Shown here in pieces: positions 51,500 through 63,836 of a stretch of DNA of 64,000 nt; within the stretch, counting starts at the first letter, position 1, and the number at the start of each line of letters is the position of its first letter. The DNA lies in NCBI RefSeq assembly GCF_001194135.2, contig NC_068986.1, forward strand, positions 102,025,638 through 102,089,637, read 5' to 3'. The stretch is from Octopus bimaculoides. Taxonomy: Eukaryota. The translations under genes and the position numbers were made by a program. The notes under the pieces were generated by a model. It did not search any database, was not told where the DNA came from, and saw only the letters and a list, made by a program, of their open reading frames with translations.

Positions 51500-51753
51500 A
51501 TATAATGGCTCATGTTAACTTCAATAGAACTTTGCCGGTATTTTTTCCGGACGAAAATGGAAATAGAGAGAAAGATGATGTTGAAGAACCGACACTCTGC
51601 TCCATATATATTGCCGCTATGCTTTCAATGGCAATTGCAACGTCAACAGGTGTCATCCATGTACAACACCATTTTCCGGTTCATGGGTTTAATCTCACGA
51701 AATCGAACTTTAAGTCCATTTTTAATCATTTTTACGCAGACGGCTGTGAGCTG
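51500..51753 (+). CDS. Candidate 254-nt internal exon, host gene unknown
   Basis: Acceptor GTTCTCTATTAG, strong donor CTG|GTAAGT, 84 open codons IMAHVNFNRTLPVFFPDENGNREKDDVEEPTLCSIYIAAMLSMAIATSTGVIHVQHHFPVHGFNLTKSNFKSIFNHFYADGCEL (phase 1-to-0); non-repetitive. Confidence 0.5.
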
Positions 51754-53959
51754 GTAAGTTACATAGAGGACAGCTCACAATGTCTTATTAGTGCATTTGT
51801 TTCTTCATGTGACATATTTGATAGAAAAATTAATTTGAGGGGGAAAAAAACACTGTAATAATGCACCGACCTGCTCCTACATGACAATTCAATTCTCTTC
51901 AGATACAGCTCAGGTTTCCATTAATTAAGTGGGTGGCTTCTTTTGATTACCTGAGTAGCTTGGTACATGATGAAACCTTGACACAGAAATCATATCTCGT
52001 ATTCAATGAAGCGTAGAGTCTAAATTCTGGTCGAAACGCAATATTAAAGCCGATACTAAGTTCTTGGTACATGTTGCATTCTTTCCTAATGCCATGTAAT
52101 ATTCTTCAACATCATGGACAATAGATATGCATGATATACAATGCTGGGAAAATTTCATCACATACTCAGAATAACATGATCCTCACTTTTATGGCTCTGA
52201 GGTCTTGTGGATACTAGAATGACATGAATCCAAACTATGGTTATTGGGAATCAAGTACGATGGAGACGCCATCTGATGTCTATGGATGATAAACACTTTG
52301 TCAAACAAATGCTTTAAGCTGAGCTTATGCTGAGATTCTTTAAAATCAATTTCGGGCAGCATTACGGTATCTTCAAAACGTTTTCTATTTCACATGCGAC
52401 TGATACTGAAACGTGGGAAGCTTGGATTTGGAGTTCAGTTAGAATTTTTGAGTCTGACCGAGTTAGGCACGTGCACGAGTTTTTAAATACGTCAAACGAT
52501 ATTGATTGAAGGTACATAACGTCATATAAATCTGCAAATTTATTGTATCTTCTTGGCAGGAAACAATTAGTAAATCCTCTGCAAATTGTTTTTTAATTGA
52601 TATTTATCGCCCATTTGATGGTGCACTGTGTTGATGATTCTACCTATAACAGAACTGTAAACTATATATATAAATATATACATACATACACACATACACA
52701 CACACACACACACACCCACACACATATATATATATATATATTATATATTACATCATTCTAAATGCAGTGAAATTTCATAAATTCTTAACATACAACTTAA
52801 AACTCATCTACGACATCACATGTTCTCAATGTCCGTAGATGGTGATGATTCTAATGCGCACTGTGCTGGAGATGCAATGAAACTCTCGCAGTTATGAAGT
52901 ATTACAGACCGAAATATGTAGAATTAAGCACAATATAAGAGGGACCTATGCAGAGACGTTGCCTAAAAACTTTTGACCACACCTCTAATATGTCAAAGTT
53001 GTTTTAGTACAAATCTTGTACCGACACTAACTCATACAATGTTTGGATCATGTTGATCATGACTTTGTTTTCATTAAATATTGTTGTGATCATAGCTTTT
53101 GTAGTATAACTTTTAGGCGGAGAATCCGTTAAGTCTTTAGAGAATTCGACTGATTTACTTGCAGAATTTCAGTCAGTTCGTTTATATTCTTTTATCAAAT
53201 AATACCAAATTTAAATTTGCGTTTCAGAGCATGCTTCACGCTATCATTACACGACATTTATGTTATGACTACCCAGTCCAGTGATGGGTGATTGTTTCGT
53301 ATTTAGCCGACGAGTTTGTGCGTACAAAAGATAATATAAACGAATAATGACATCCAGAAACTGCCTTTGCAATTTTACACGAATTTTCCATTATAAATGC
53401 ATAACGTTTGTCGAATAAAAATGTGTTTCAGATCTCATGTTGTAAGAAGGAAGAAAGATTTTTCAGTTATACGTAATTGCTCATTCTGGTTCAAATCAAT
53501 GTGAATGAAATTCGTTTCATCTAAATTACCTTAACATCTATCACGGACTAGAGACTTTTGAATTACTAGTCGCCTTCATCGAATAATCAGGATTTGTTTC
53601 ATTAATTTACATAAAATGTGATTTCTTACACATTTTTCTATTTAGGCTTGGATTTTGTTGTTAGATTACATAAGATGATATTGTTATTTGGTAAAGAAAT
53701 TGTCATGCACAGCTAATGTCTGTAACTTGTCTAATGTGAAAAAATAAAATTAATAGGAAAATATCATTTGTTATATATTTCACACTTTCTCACACCACAT
53801 TCTATTTATTAGTCTCTTTAGATCTTTCACCATTCCATTCTGTGTCTATTAATCACTATTATCATTTGCGTCCGTGAACGATTGTATTGAATATGTTGTC
53901 TTTATAATACCTATCAATGCGGAGGTCCTCATACCAACGCAAGTTATTTCATTTTCCAG

Positions 53960-54058
53960 GCTGCGTTAAGAAGCTTTGCAATATACTTCGATTATACAGA
54001 AGGCCCTAACTCTCTCTTCAAAACAACTAAACGTGTTTCTCAACGCTTTTGCTTGTAG
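53960..54058 (+). CDS. Candidate exon (possibly terminal), phase-compatible with 51500-51753
   Basis: Strong acceptor TTATTTCATTTTCCAG; phase-0 frame AALRSFAIYFDYTEGPNSLFKTTKRVSQRFCL*. Confidence 0.3.
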   Translation, partial: AALRSFAIYFDYTEGPNSLFKTTKRVSQRFCL

Positions 54059-54269
54059 TACAGTTTAAGTAGTTTACTATGCAGATACAGTGATACCACC
54101 AACCGTATCAACCGTATTATTTTCACCAGACAGTATATAACCATGTTCTAAGACTCTTGTAAATCAGAGCCAAATGTGGCTAGAAAGTAACGACTAAACC
54201 ACTTAAAGTAGAAAGGCCCATTGAAAAAGATTGTTTAATATATAAAAATTAATCGGAAAATGTCCTTTG

Positions 54270-54301
<32 letters not shown>

Positions 54302-54408
54302 NNNNNNNNNNNNNNNNNNNNNNNNNNNNNNNNNNNNNNNNNNNNNNNNNNNNNNNNNNNNNNNNNNNNNNNNNNNNNNNNNNNNNNNNNNNNNNNNNNN
54401 NNNNNNNN

Positions 54409-54505
<97 letters not shown>
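54409..54505. repeat. (GA)n(GATA)n microsatellite
   Basis: Direct reading of the sequence. Confidence 0.95.
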
Positions 54506-54846
54506 TACTTGTGCTGTGATACTGATACGAATGCCTTTGGTTAGAGTGCCTTATCAAGTTAAATTGTAATACAGACTAGAAAAAGTTGCAAATGGAGTAA
54601 AATGTAGCCGTCCATAGATTGTTAATACATACGGAAGGACAATAGTTAGTCATATTGCATTGTAGTTTTTATTATACTGCATATTATATCGCATTTATCA
54701 TTAGGCCATTTTTATATATGCGACAATAGGTAGGTTTTATCGACCAGTAGATAGCCGAATTAAATAAATTACAGAAACTTTTACCATTGTTTTCAGTAAT
54801 TTGATTTTTCTCCCTCATACTACATTTTTAATATTCCATAGTAAAT

Positions 54847-55060
54847 AGGCGGTGAGCTGGCACGACTGTTAGCAAGCCGGGCAAAATTCGTAACGGTATT
54901 TATCAGTTTTTCTTCGTTCTAAGTCCAAATTCCACCGAGGTCGACTTTGCATTTCATCCTTTAGGGATCAATAAAATAAGTAATAGGTGAGCATTGGTTT
55001 CAATGTAACTGACTTTTCCTTTTCCTACTAAACTATTGGCGTTGTGTCAAAATTTAAATT
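54847..55060 (+). mobile_element. SINE-like repeat family D
   Basis: AGGCGGTGAGCTGGCACGACTGTTAGC head, GTCCAAATTCC B-box-like, CGAGGTCGACTTTGCATTTCATCC core; homologous to 40333-40518. Confidence 0.75.
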
Positions 55061-55624
55061 CAATATTCCACAGAAAAATTTATATTTTTCTCTTCATTGA
55101 GCAAGTAAGGCCAATTGCTTTTTGGCGTTATTGATAATCTCGCTGATGTTGCATGGCAGCCCTTGTAGAACAGTGTTAGTGGTCAACAACGTTCTAAACT
55201 AATCATTTCTGTTATTTTATTTCATGCTACACCGCGCAATATATCCTCTCATTTAAAAGCCAGTGCAATTAGTAGATCATCTCTCTACAGTATCTATTGA
55301 CTGACTAATTGCGAGGAGTCATTGTATTTTAACACGTGACTAAACATTTTTCAGTAATCTGAAATTTAAATGCAATTCTACAATGATTATTTGTTGATTT
55401 CGTATCAAGAGAGTGATGATTCAAAAATAAAAGATATAAAAACCGGTTCTAGCCGGATATTGACCCATCATTTTTGCCGACTAATTTGAATAGAACCAAT
55501 TTTATTAACTGCACATTTGTTGCTATAACATTTAACTTGCTCAATACCAAACGGATTCGATATTTACTGGTTTGACGTAGAAGAAATTATAGTTTTTTTT
55601 TATTATTTAAAATTCATATATTTC

Positions 55625-55625
55625 C

Positions 55626-55695
<70 letters not shown>

Positions 55696-55734
55696 ATGCG
55701 TGTGTGTGTGTGTGCGCGCGCGCGCGCGTGTGTG
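55625..55734. repeat. Unbroken alternating purine-pyrimidine tract (TA)n(TG)n with (CG)7
   Basis: Direct reading; (CG)7 at 55715-55728. Confidence 0.95.
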
Positions 55735-56734
55735 ATCTATTAATTTTTCAATGCGTACAAATAACACGGAAAATACAAATAAATAGTTACCAGGGCAGCA
55801 AACATTCACATAAGTGTCAAAGATGTTGCAGCCTACTTATAAAGGTACAAGTTTTAGGGTTTAATGAAATGTTTTCGATTGACATAGATAAATTAAGAAA
55901 TCTGCCTTTAACTAAAGGCAGATGTAATCACATTCGGTAATCACATTGAGTAATCATATTCGGTTAAACTGGATTATTGATGTGTTTTGTTTCTTTTTTT
56001 TCCATGACGAGATGATTACATTATTTTACATCACAGGAATAATACTAATGTGTTCTTAGAAACATATGTCGGAAGTATAAAGATTTGAATAACACCTGCT
56101 TTTAACTCCGTTTCTTCTCCCAGAAATAGTGAAAGATGCTCTGATAGTCCAGAATAAAAAAAAAAGTTGGATGAAAGTCGACGATGATCTATGCTTCATA
56201 GAGATCGAAATGTATAAGAAGTCGAAAAACAGATATTAAATCGTTTACAAATCAGCACTATTTCGGTAGTGTTAAATCTGACTCTTACAATACTATATTT
56301 TAATTTGTCGATTGGTGCAGACACGCACCAATTAGAAGATATAAATCACGTTACATCATGTACACAATTAATGTGGCATACTTCTAAATCTCCTTATTAA
56401 AATGCCAAATAGAAATAATGAATTCGGCTTCATCAGAGTAGCATTAGGCAAGTTTGCGAGGCAATTTACTGGCAGTGAATTAAGAGACATGGTCTCTTCG
56501 AAGTTTTGATGTAAAAACTTTCTGTGTGTCATAAAATTAATTCATAACTGCAAAATCAATACCAAGCTGAATTCTTCGAAGAACATGCCCAATATAAGCG
56601 AGAATTTAATTTCTCTGTTTTTCTGAGAATAGTTCAGTCGAGATGCTACATGTCTGATTAGCATAATATCGATACGAAATAAACTGTCTTCCTGCCCGAG
56701 CACTAATGATGTTAGTAATAAAGTAACAGCAATC

Positions 56735-56782
<48 letters not shown>

Positions 56783-56786
56783 TATA

Positions 56787-56848
<62 letters not shown>
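56735..56848. repeat. Palindromic (AAT)n-(ATT)n microsatellite
   Basis: Strand switch at the palindrome AATTATAATT, 56780-56789. Confidence 0.97.
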
Positions 56849-56929
56849 CATAACGATGGAGTCTGCCGGTGAAGACGATGAATAAGTGTTCAGCAAATTG
56901 ACGTTGCCTGAACAGGTGCACGATATACC

Positions 56930-57949
56930 ACACGTCGAGCTGTATCAGGCCTTTTCCACCTATTTTTCTTGGGAAATAAATCCGGTCTACATCTAACTTT
57001 CGATGGTGCACTCAGTACCTAGTAAAAATGGTATGGATCTTTCCATTCATATTCTGCATGTTAGTGAGACTCCACTAAATGATACCGAAGCTATATTGAT
57101 CACGTTAATTCTGTTAGCAGCATTTAATTCTGAGTTTAGGACCATTATCACCCTTCGGTAGCATTCCTTGTGGATTTTCTCTTTCATTTTAGAGTGCTGG
57201 ATACCACCAACTTCATTGCTTCCCAGATATTTGCATATTTCGGATTGGTCTAGGTTTCGAATAGCTGTGGTAGTATCAAGTCCTATGTTTTCTACCTTTA
57301 TGAACTTTTCTACCTTTAAAGTATCCTTTGCACAATTATCAATTCGAATTCCATAGCTATATCAGAGCTGAATCCTTTGACAATATTCAAGAGCTTTTCT
57401 ATTTCTTTGTCCTTTTGGGGAAACAGTCTTAGATCATCCATATAGAGTAGGTGATTAATTTTCTGGACAAAGATCTTACACCTTTTCTTAGCTTTTTTTC
57501 GGTTGCGTGGGCAATGAGAACAGATCGAGGCAGAATAATAATGGTGGTAATGAGTAACGTTGAAAAACACCACAGGTAATATTGATGTCTGCTGAGGTGG
57601 TATATGCTTGGGAATGGTTTAAAATGAGTGTGGATCTCTACGATTTCACGGTTATTTTTTAAATGGTCACAACTGTCACAGCTATCTTGTAAATTTCCAG
57701 GGCCTTGATGACGCATGCAATGGGAACACAGTATAAAGCCTTCTTGTAATCTAGTCAAGCCATGCAAAGGTTTCTGCGCTTGGATTTACAATTTTCAATG
57801 CACTTTTATTAATCAGTAACTGGTCCTTACATCCATCTGAACTCCTTTTACATACAAATGCTCTATTCGCTACGATAGATGTTAGTAGTTTATATAGAGC
57901 GTTGAGGCATGTTATGGGTCGGAATTTGGGGGGATTAGTTGTTTCTTCT

Positions 57950-57980
<31 letters not shown>

Positions 57981-58170
57981 GTAAGAGATATGTAATCCCT
58001 TCTATAAGCCACTTTGCGGCTTTCGCAGAGTTGAACATGACTTCACTGAGTGCTACGGCTAATTTGTGGTGAATGCTCATTAAGGAGTTTAGTCAATAGT
58101 TTGGAATCTTATCTATGCCCGGGGATTTCCATTTCTTTGACTAAATAAGGGATGTTTAAGGATTTTCAAC
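56930..58170 (-). pseudogene. R4/Dong-type non-LTR retrotransposon reverse transcriptase fragment
   Basis: Motifs in order: KWKSPGIDKIPNY, FRPITCLNALYKLLTSI, GCKDQLLINK, AWLDYKKA-like, INHLLYMDDLRLF, FSSDIAMEF, HHRKLDVDRIYFPRKIGGKGLIQL. Frameshifts, stops and a central deletion are present. Confidence 0.88.
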
Positions 58171-58213
58171 TAAACACCCACGTTTCCAAAGTTGATTTTT
58201 CCACGCCCCAAAT

Positions 58214-58365
58214 AATTCCTCTCAACCCGTGACTATGATGCTCCCCTTCTACTGCTCGTGATCAAAGTTGTAAATATCGCCAGTCACTAACGAACAAGTT
58301 TACCTGGTTATGGTCAAACAACTGACAAACAAATCTCTGGTAATGAGCAGAATAATTGCTGTGCC
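58214..58365 (+). mobile_element. Interspersed repeat fragment (family E)
   Basis: Homologous to 47096-47250; abuts the 5' side of the R4/Dong fragment. Confidence 0.75.
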
Positions 58366-59058
58366 ACAAAATGTACGTAGCATTGAAAAAAACGAAACAT
58401 CGATGTGTGTCGCACAGAGAAGAGACCTTATGTGAGTTGTCTCCCTTGCATATTACTTCTTTTCTGGAGTTTTTAACAATAGGCGCATTGGCAATATATT
58501 CTCTTACCCCATAGCTTACCCACCGACCCACAAGAAATACAGTTCTACTTAAATGAGTAAAATAAAACCATTAACATGTTGAATATAGTTGCAGTGAATG
58601 CAGGAATTTAATTCGAGTCCCGGTATGGATTTTACTATGGAATCACAAGAGAGACAATGACGATTTTTATTTTGCTTGTTATTGAGAAATTGTGTCTGTT
58701 GGTTGCAGGATATAGTACTGCTTTCCGTTTTTCTTCTCATTCAAATTGTTTGGATTCGTCATCACACATTTTACTCCATGCAGATCGTTGTAAGTAATGC
58801 CTTTACTACGATGCCCTTCTTTTCAGAATTTCATCCTTGCTACTGAAGTTTCTTGTTCCGTCATTAGAGGTAACAGAGTCTGTGTTAACCTTTCGTGGAC
58901 CAAATATACCCTAGAGTTCGTCATAAATGCGTTCAAATTGTAAGAGTTAGCAGCCTGTTGTAATTCTTGTTTTTTTTTTCCCACCAAGAATGTTATATCT
59001 CTAGCAGTTTAGTCTGAGTAGTTTTTCTAGGGATATATAAGGATCAGGGTGCTGATAT

Positions 59059-59091
<33 letters not shown>

Positions 59092-61561
59092 CATATTGCA
59101 TGTTCATCGGATGTCATACATGCCATACATGTAGATATATGTGTGTGTGTGTGTGTGATTGTGATTTTCATCCGATTTAATGCATTTGTACTTCCTTTAC
59201 TATTAAGCTTTTTAGCCTTTTAAGATGCTTCATTACATTGCTGTAAAATGATTTCATATTTGAGTGAGAATCGAAAATATACTGAGTATGTGACATATGC
59301 CAAATGTAATAGAGAAAAGAAAGAACTGGCAATTGCTATGATGATGTATTTTGAAAGTTATTTCAATGTAATCATTAGTATTATAGGAAAAAACACTATT
59401 GGAAATATATTTTTGTGTTTAAGCTAAAATAGCAGTCATACACGAATTATATTCGTCGTACGAAAATAGTTCCTTGATTGTTTTCTATTTAATCTTTTTA
59501 GATTCTTAATCGAGAAATAAAAACAAAAACAAAAGAGTATTGCAAATATGAACAACGCAATATAGAAATAAAGAAACGTGCTTACAATTTAAATTCAATA
59601 GTTCAACGAAAGACAATATCATTTATCCCATGAAGTCCTGCTTTAGTTATTATTAAAATGCTTTAAAAAATGTTTTCTGTAAAGAATTAGAAAACTATAT
59701 TTACAGCAATTAAATGAGTCATTATTTATGGTTAGTTGATGTACATTTGCTTCAGCTAAATTATAATTCACTGCAAGGAACATAATTATAGGCTTGTTAT
59801 TATTGCTTTTCTCTTACTGTTTCTTGTTGCTGATTTGACTATATTTTTTAAAAGGGTTGTTTAAATCAATTGCACTGCCATACACAAATTGTATTTAAAT
59901 TGGAATGTAGAGTCAACGTAATTTAGTGCACCGTCTGAATGTAGTAGAACTGTTATTTAAAGACGACCTACACTATATATTTTTTCTTTTCTCATGAAAT
60001 AAATAAATCACAATTCTGCTTTTATTTTTGTATGCGATTTTGCACAGAAAAGAACACGGATAATTTTCGTAAAAACAGGGACTCACATTTTCCATAAAAT
60101 TAATATTTTCGGAGAAGATTGAAGTGAAAAATGGGTAAATATGATAACTAACTTTCAATAGCCACACAAACAACTTCGACAGTTGAAAATACATTGCCGT
60201 TTTTCGTCATGTTCTTGTGGTTTTCATATTCCATTTTCACTCCAGAAGATTTTACTTGATACCAACCACTAAAAAAGTATATCAACTTTAAACTCGGATC
60301 AAATTTGTTGGAAACATACATTAATCCGTAGAGCAAACACAAACCATGCTGCGAAATCTAAAGCAAATGATATAAATGCTATGTAGCATATATTATACTA
60401 TACTTCACTATAATGCAGAATGGTTATACCATGTGAGACATTGATCATAATTATACTAAATGTCATCAGATTTTCAGTTTTTTTTACGAAAACCTACACA
60501 TTTAGAAAATCTCAAGTACTAGTACATTTACGAAGCAAGTATTTTTGTCCGTATCGCGTAGTAGGATATCAAACATTTCGCAATGCAGTTGCCTTTTTTA
60601 CAGGTAAAATACACGATTAAATATAATTTCCCTTTTCGTTCCATTAGTTACGTTATTATTGGAAAACGTCAAGCATTCACACGTTCAGATGTTAAACTGA
60701 CGAGAGTGACTCGTAATTTATATACAAATATTGCAGAGCCCCTTCATCCGAAATATAAAATACTATTGAACAAAAAGTAAGTAAATCGAAGGGACGGAAA
60801 ACTCACCCAACTATGCAATAATGACTTTCCTTTACAATTCTTTGATGATACATTTGTTTCTCTTAGTTTTTGACATCTTTAATATGTCCAGCATATATGC
60901 AGTATTCCGTGAAGGAGAATATAGCAATAGAAATTTATTAACATATCAGAGCAAACGCATCCCCCACAACAATCTCACTCTCTCTCACTCTCCCTCTCTC
61001 TCGCTCCGTATATATATATATATATNNNNNNNNNNNNNNNNNNNNNNNNNNNNNNNNNNNNNNNNNNNNNNNNNNNNNNNNNNNNNNNNNNNNNNNNNNN
61101 NNNNNNNNNNNNNNNNNNNNNNNNNNNNNNNNNNNNNNNNNNNNNNNNNNNNNNNNNNNNNNNNNNNNNNNNNNNNNNNNNNNNNNNNNNNNNNNNNNNN
61201 NNNNNNNNNTATATATATACGGAGCGAGAGAGAGGGAGAGTGTGAGAGAGAGAGAGAGGGAGATAGAGAGAAACAATTTTCAGTTTATATGGCGTGTGAA
61301 GATGATGAAGAAAAAGGTTTCTTTTCTCACCTGAAACTCTGCTTTATGAGAATAAATGCTCGCATCAAATTTAATCCGGCAAAATTTCTTTCGATTCTAT
61401 TTCTTATAAGACGTTTTATGACATCCTTGCTTTCAATAGAAGTATTATTCCAGTATCACATGATTATTTACTGTATTTATCATCCACGTTTAAATGTTTT
61501 GAGTATTCACTATACTTACAGCGTCTCTTTGTTACAATTTGGCATAGTCTTTTCATTGCTC

Positions 61562-61660
61562 ATATATATTAGCGGATATCCATAAACACGTACAGTCACA
61601 GAGATTTGTGTAAACATAAGCATACTTACATACATACATATATATATATACATGTGTGTA

Positions 61661-61714
<54 letters not shown>

Positions 61715-61765
61715 TACACAAATCTGTGTGAGCTTACGTGTTTATGGATATCCGCTAATATATAT
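61562..61765. mobile_element. Hairpin MITE with 55-bp inverted arms and a microsatellite core, in (TA)n
   Basis: 61562-61616 matches the reverse complement of 61711-61765 at 51/55; ends TA|TTAGCGG...CCGCTAA|TA. Confidence 0.85.
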
Positions 61766-62109
61766 ATATATATATATATATATTTAGATGCATAAATAGT
61801 TATGCACATCTATACATACATGTATTTACAATACATGTATCCATGCACATACACATACATGTTACCCTTCGTTCTGTTTTCATTAATCCAAATAGGGCCA
61901 TTTTCATATTAGAGGGGAATGAAAAGGTTCGAAACTATTGCTGTCCTCTTGTCACTATTCTCACCGTAACCACCAAAACATTATGTAAACCAAAGAGGTT
62001 TAAAGCCATTATGAAATTCCTCACCTCAAATCCGTAAGTTAAATTTGGAGAAGGAATATTTATAATCTTTGTCTCATAGACAAGAAAACAGTTACTGTTC
62101 AATTTTTTT

Positions 62110-62171
62110 TTCTAAATTTATTCTAAATTTATTCTAAATTTATTCTAAATTTATTCTAAATTTATTCTAAA
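62110..62171. repeat. 11-bp minisatellite (TTCTAAATTTA) x5.6
   Basis: Five perfect units plus a partial unit. Confidence 0.97.
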
Positions 62172-63431
62172 AGATAAGGGCACGGATTTTCTGTCACGTG
62201 TAAGAAAATCTCTGCAAAATCAGTCTTCAAAATAATTGCATATGTGTTAAAATTTACACGAAAACAACATTTCAATTATGACTATACATAAAACTGTAAT
62301 TGAAGAATTATTACAGAAAATCAATTTCGAAGTATCAAAACATATTCGCAATTATTTCAATAACAAAACATTTTCTTTTCAGTGGCGATTTTTTCATAAC
62401 AATTGCATGTATATCACAAATGCCTGTAAATCTCTTTCTCTATAATGAGCTGCCTTAATTCATAGACATTTATCAATTCCCAGTATGCATTAGAATATAT
62501 CTGGAGATCTTTGAATTTTAAGAGAATTCAAAGGTAAATATCAGCGTCTGTTGCTAATCTGAGAGATATTAAATAAAAACAAATTTTTTTAAAAATTCCC
62601 TTCTATTTCACATCTTTTGGATCTAGCAAACTCAGTGGACCATAGTGTCATGGCACAGTGAATCAGAAATTTTAAGAGGCTGATATGGTAAATACTACTT
62701 TCCTTCTTTAGTTAGTGTATAAAATAAAATCGTTACACTGTTTTTCTAATTGTTCTTGTATTACATTATGCGTATTTAACATTTAAGGAACAAACCTTTC
62801 GTGGGAGGAGACATTTTACACTTTGTAACGTTCTGAGAAACAGATTAGTCATTCACCAACGTTGTTATAACAGTCCTATATATTCCATGTCTCTCTGTTA
62901 CTACATTCTATCTACATTCTATATAAGACACTAGTTTTTCGTCATTGTGATTAACACCAAAGTAATACTAAATCCATCGCGACTTGGTTTCTCTTTCATT
63001 TCTGAAAGAAAACACCGCTTCACAAATTACAACAATATGCCATTATTTCAACAATCACTTAGTGGGTTACCTAAACTCACTTATTCGTAATTATCTTCAA
63101 ATAGTTATGTAAGTGTGTGTAGCATGTAGAATACTAGACCGATGGGACAGTGATACTTAGTGAAATTATTTTAAAACGAATTTCAATTTTTACTATTTTC
63201 TTTTTTATTTACTAATTTAATGAACATCTAACAAATCTTTTACTCCTGCAGTTCTATCGATTCAGTATGTAACAGTTCATGTGTTGTTGTTATTATTATT
63301 ATTATTATTATTATTNNNNNNNNNNNNNNNNNNNNNNNNNNNNNNNNNNNNNNNNNNNNNNNNNNNNNNNNNNNNNNNNNNNNNNNNNNNNNNNNNNNNN
63401 NNNNNNNNNNNNNNNTTATTATTATTATTAT

Positions 63432-63462
<31 letters not shown>

Positions 63463-63463
<1 letters not shown>

Positions 63464-63770
63464 CTTACTTTTCATCTTCGTGTTTGTTACAATCACTTGC
63501 CGAGACGCACCCAGTGTGCTAGGGCATGTGAAGAATAGGGCGTATGACTGAAAGCTTGGGGAGGGTAAGTGGCAGGGGCAGTAGCGAAATATCATCGTGT
63601 ATTACAACTCAGAGATTTAAATGGTATTTTTCTAAGGATATGGGCAGTACAAGTCAGCACAATTTTTACGATTACTCTGAAATATGGTTCTCCTGGTATA
63701 TTATTGAGATGCCTCTGACAGCCCTTTCTTATGATTCCTAGGGCACCCACAATAACAGGGATAGGTCCTG
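63463..63770 (-). mobile_element. R4/Dong-type LINE 3' end (REL domain C-terminus plus 3' UTR) joined to (ACT)n(AAT)n
   Basis: PIPVIVGALGIIRKGCQRHLNNIPGEPYFRVIVKIVLTCTAHILRK matches the IPVVIGALG...QKxVLxGTAHILRK terminus of R4/Dong ORFs; followed by 3' UTR and a trinucleotide tail. Confidence 0.8.
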
Positions 63771-63836
63771 AATAAGAATGATAATAACATCGAAAAACAC
63801 ATTAAGAATGAGAACCCATGTTCGAAATTTCCTCAA

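Noticed and set aside
51700-51960. Decayed mariner reading (LLLHDN)
   Set aside because: Only one short motif; the exon interpretation of 51500-51753 fits better.
56395-56440. Minus-strand CUGAUGA-AGCC...GGC
   Set aside because: No GAAA after stem II.
60695-60725. CUGACGA-GAG-UGA-CUC-GUAA
   Set aside because: GAAA is altered and there is no stem I/III.
62-63538. Numerous ORF-track entries rich in YI/HT/CV/ER/X or homopolymer runs
   Set aside because: They are translations of microsatellites and N-gaps, not genes.
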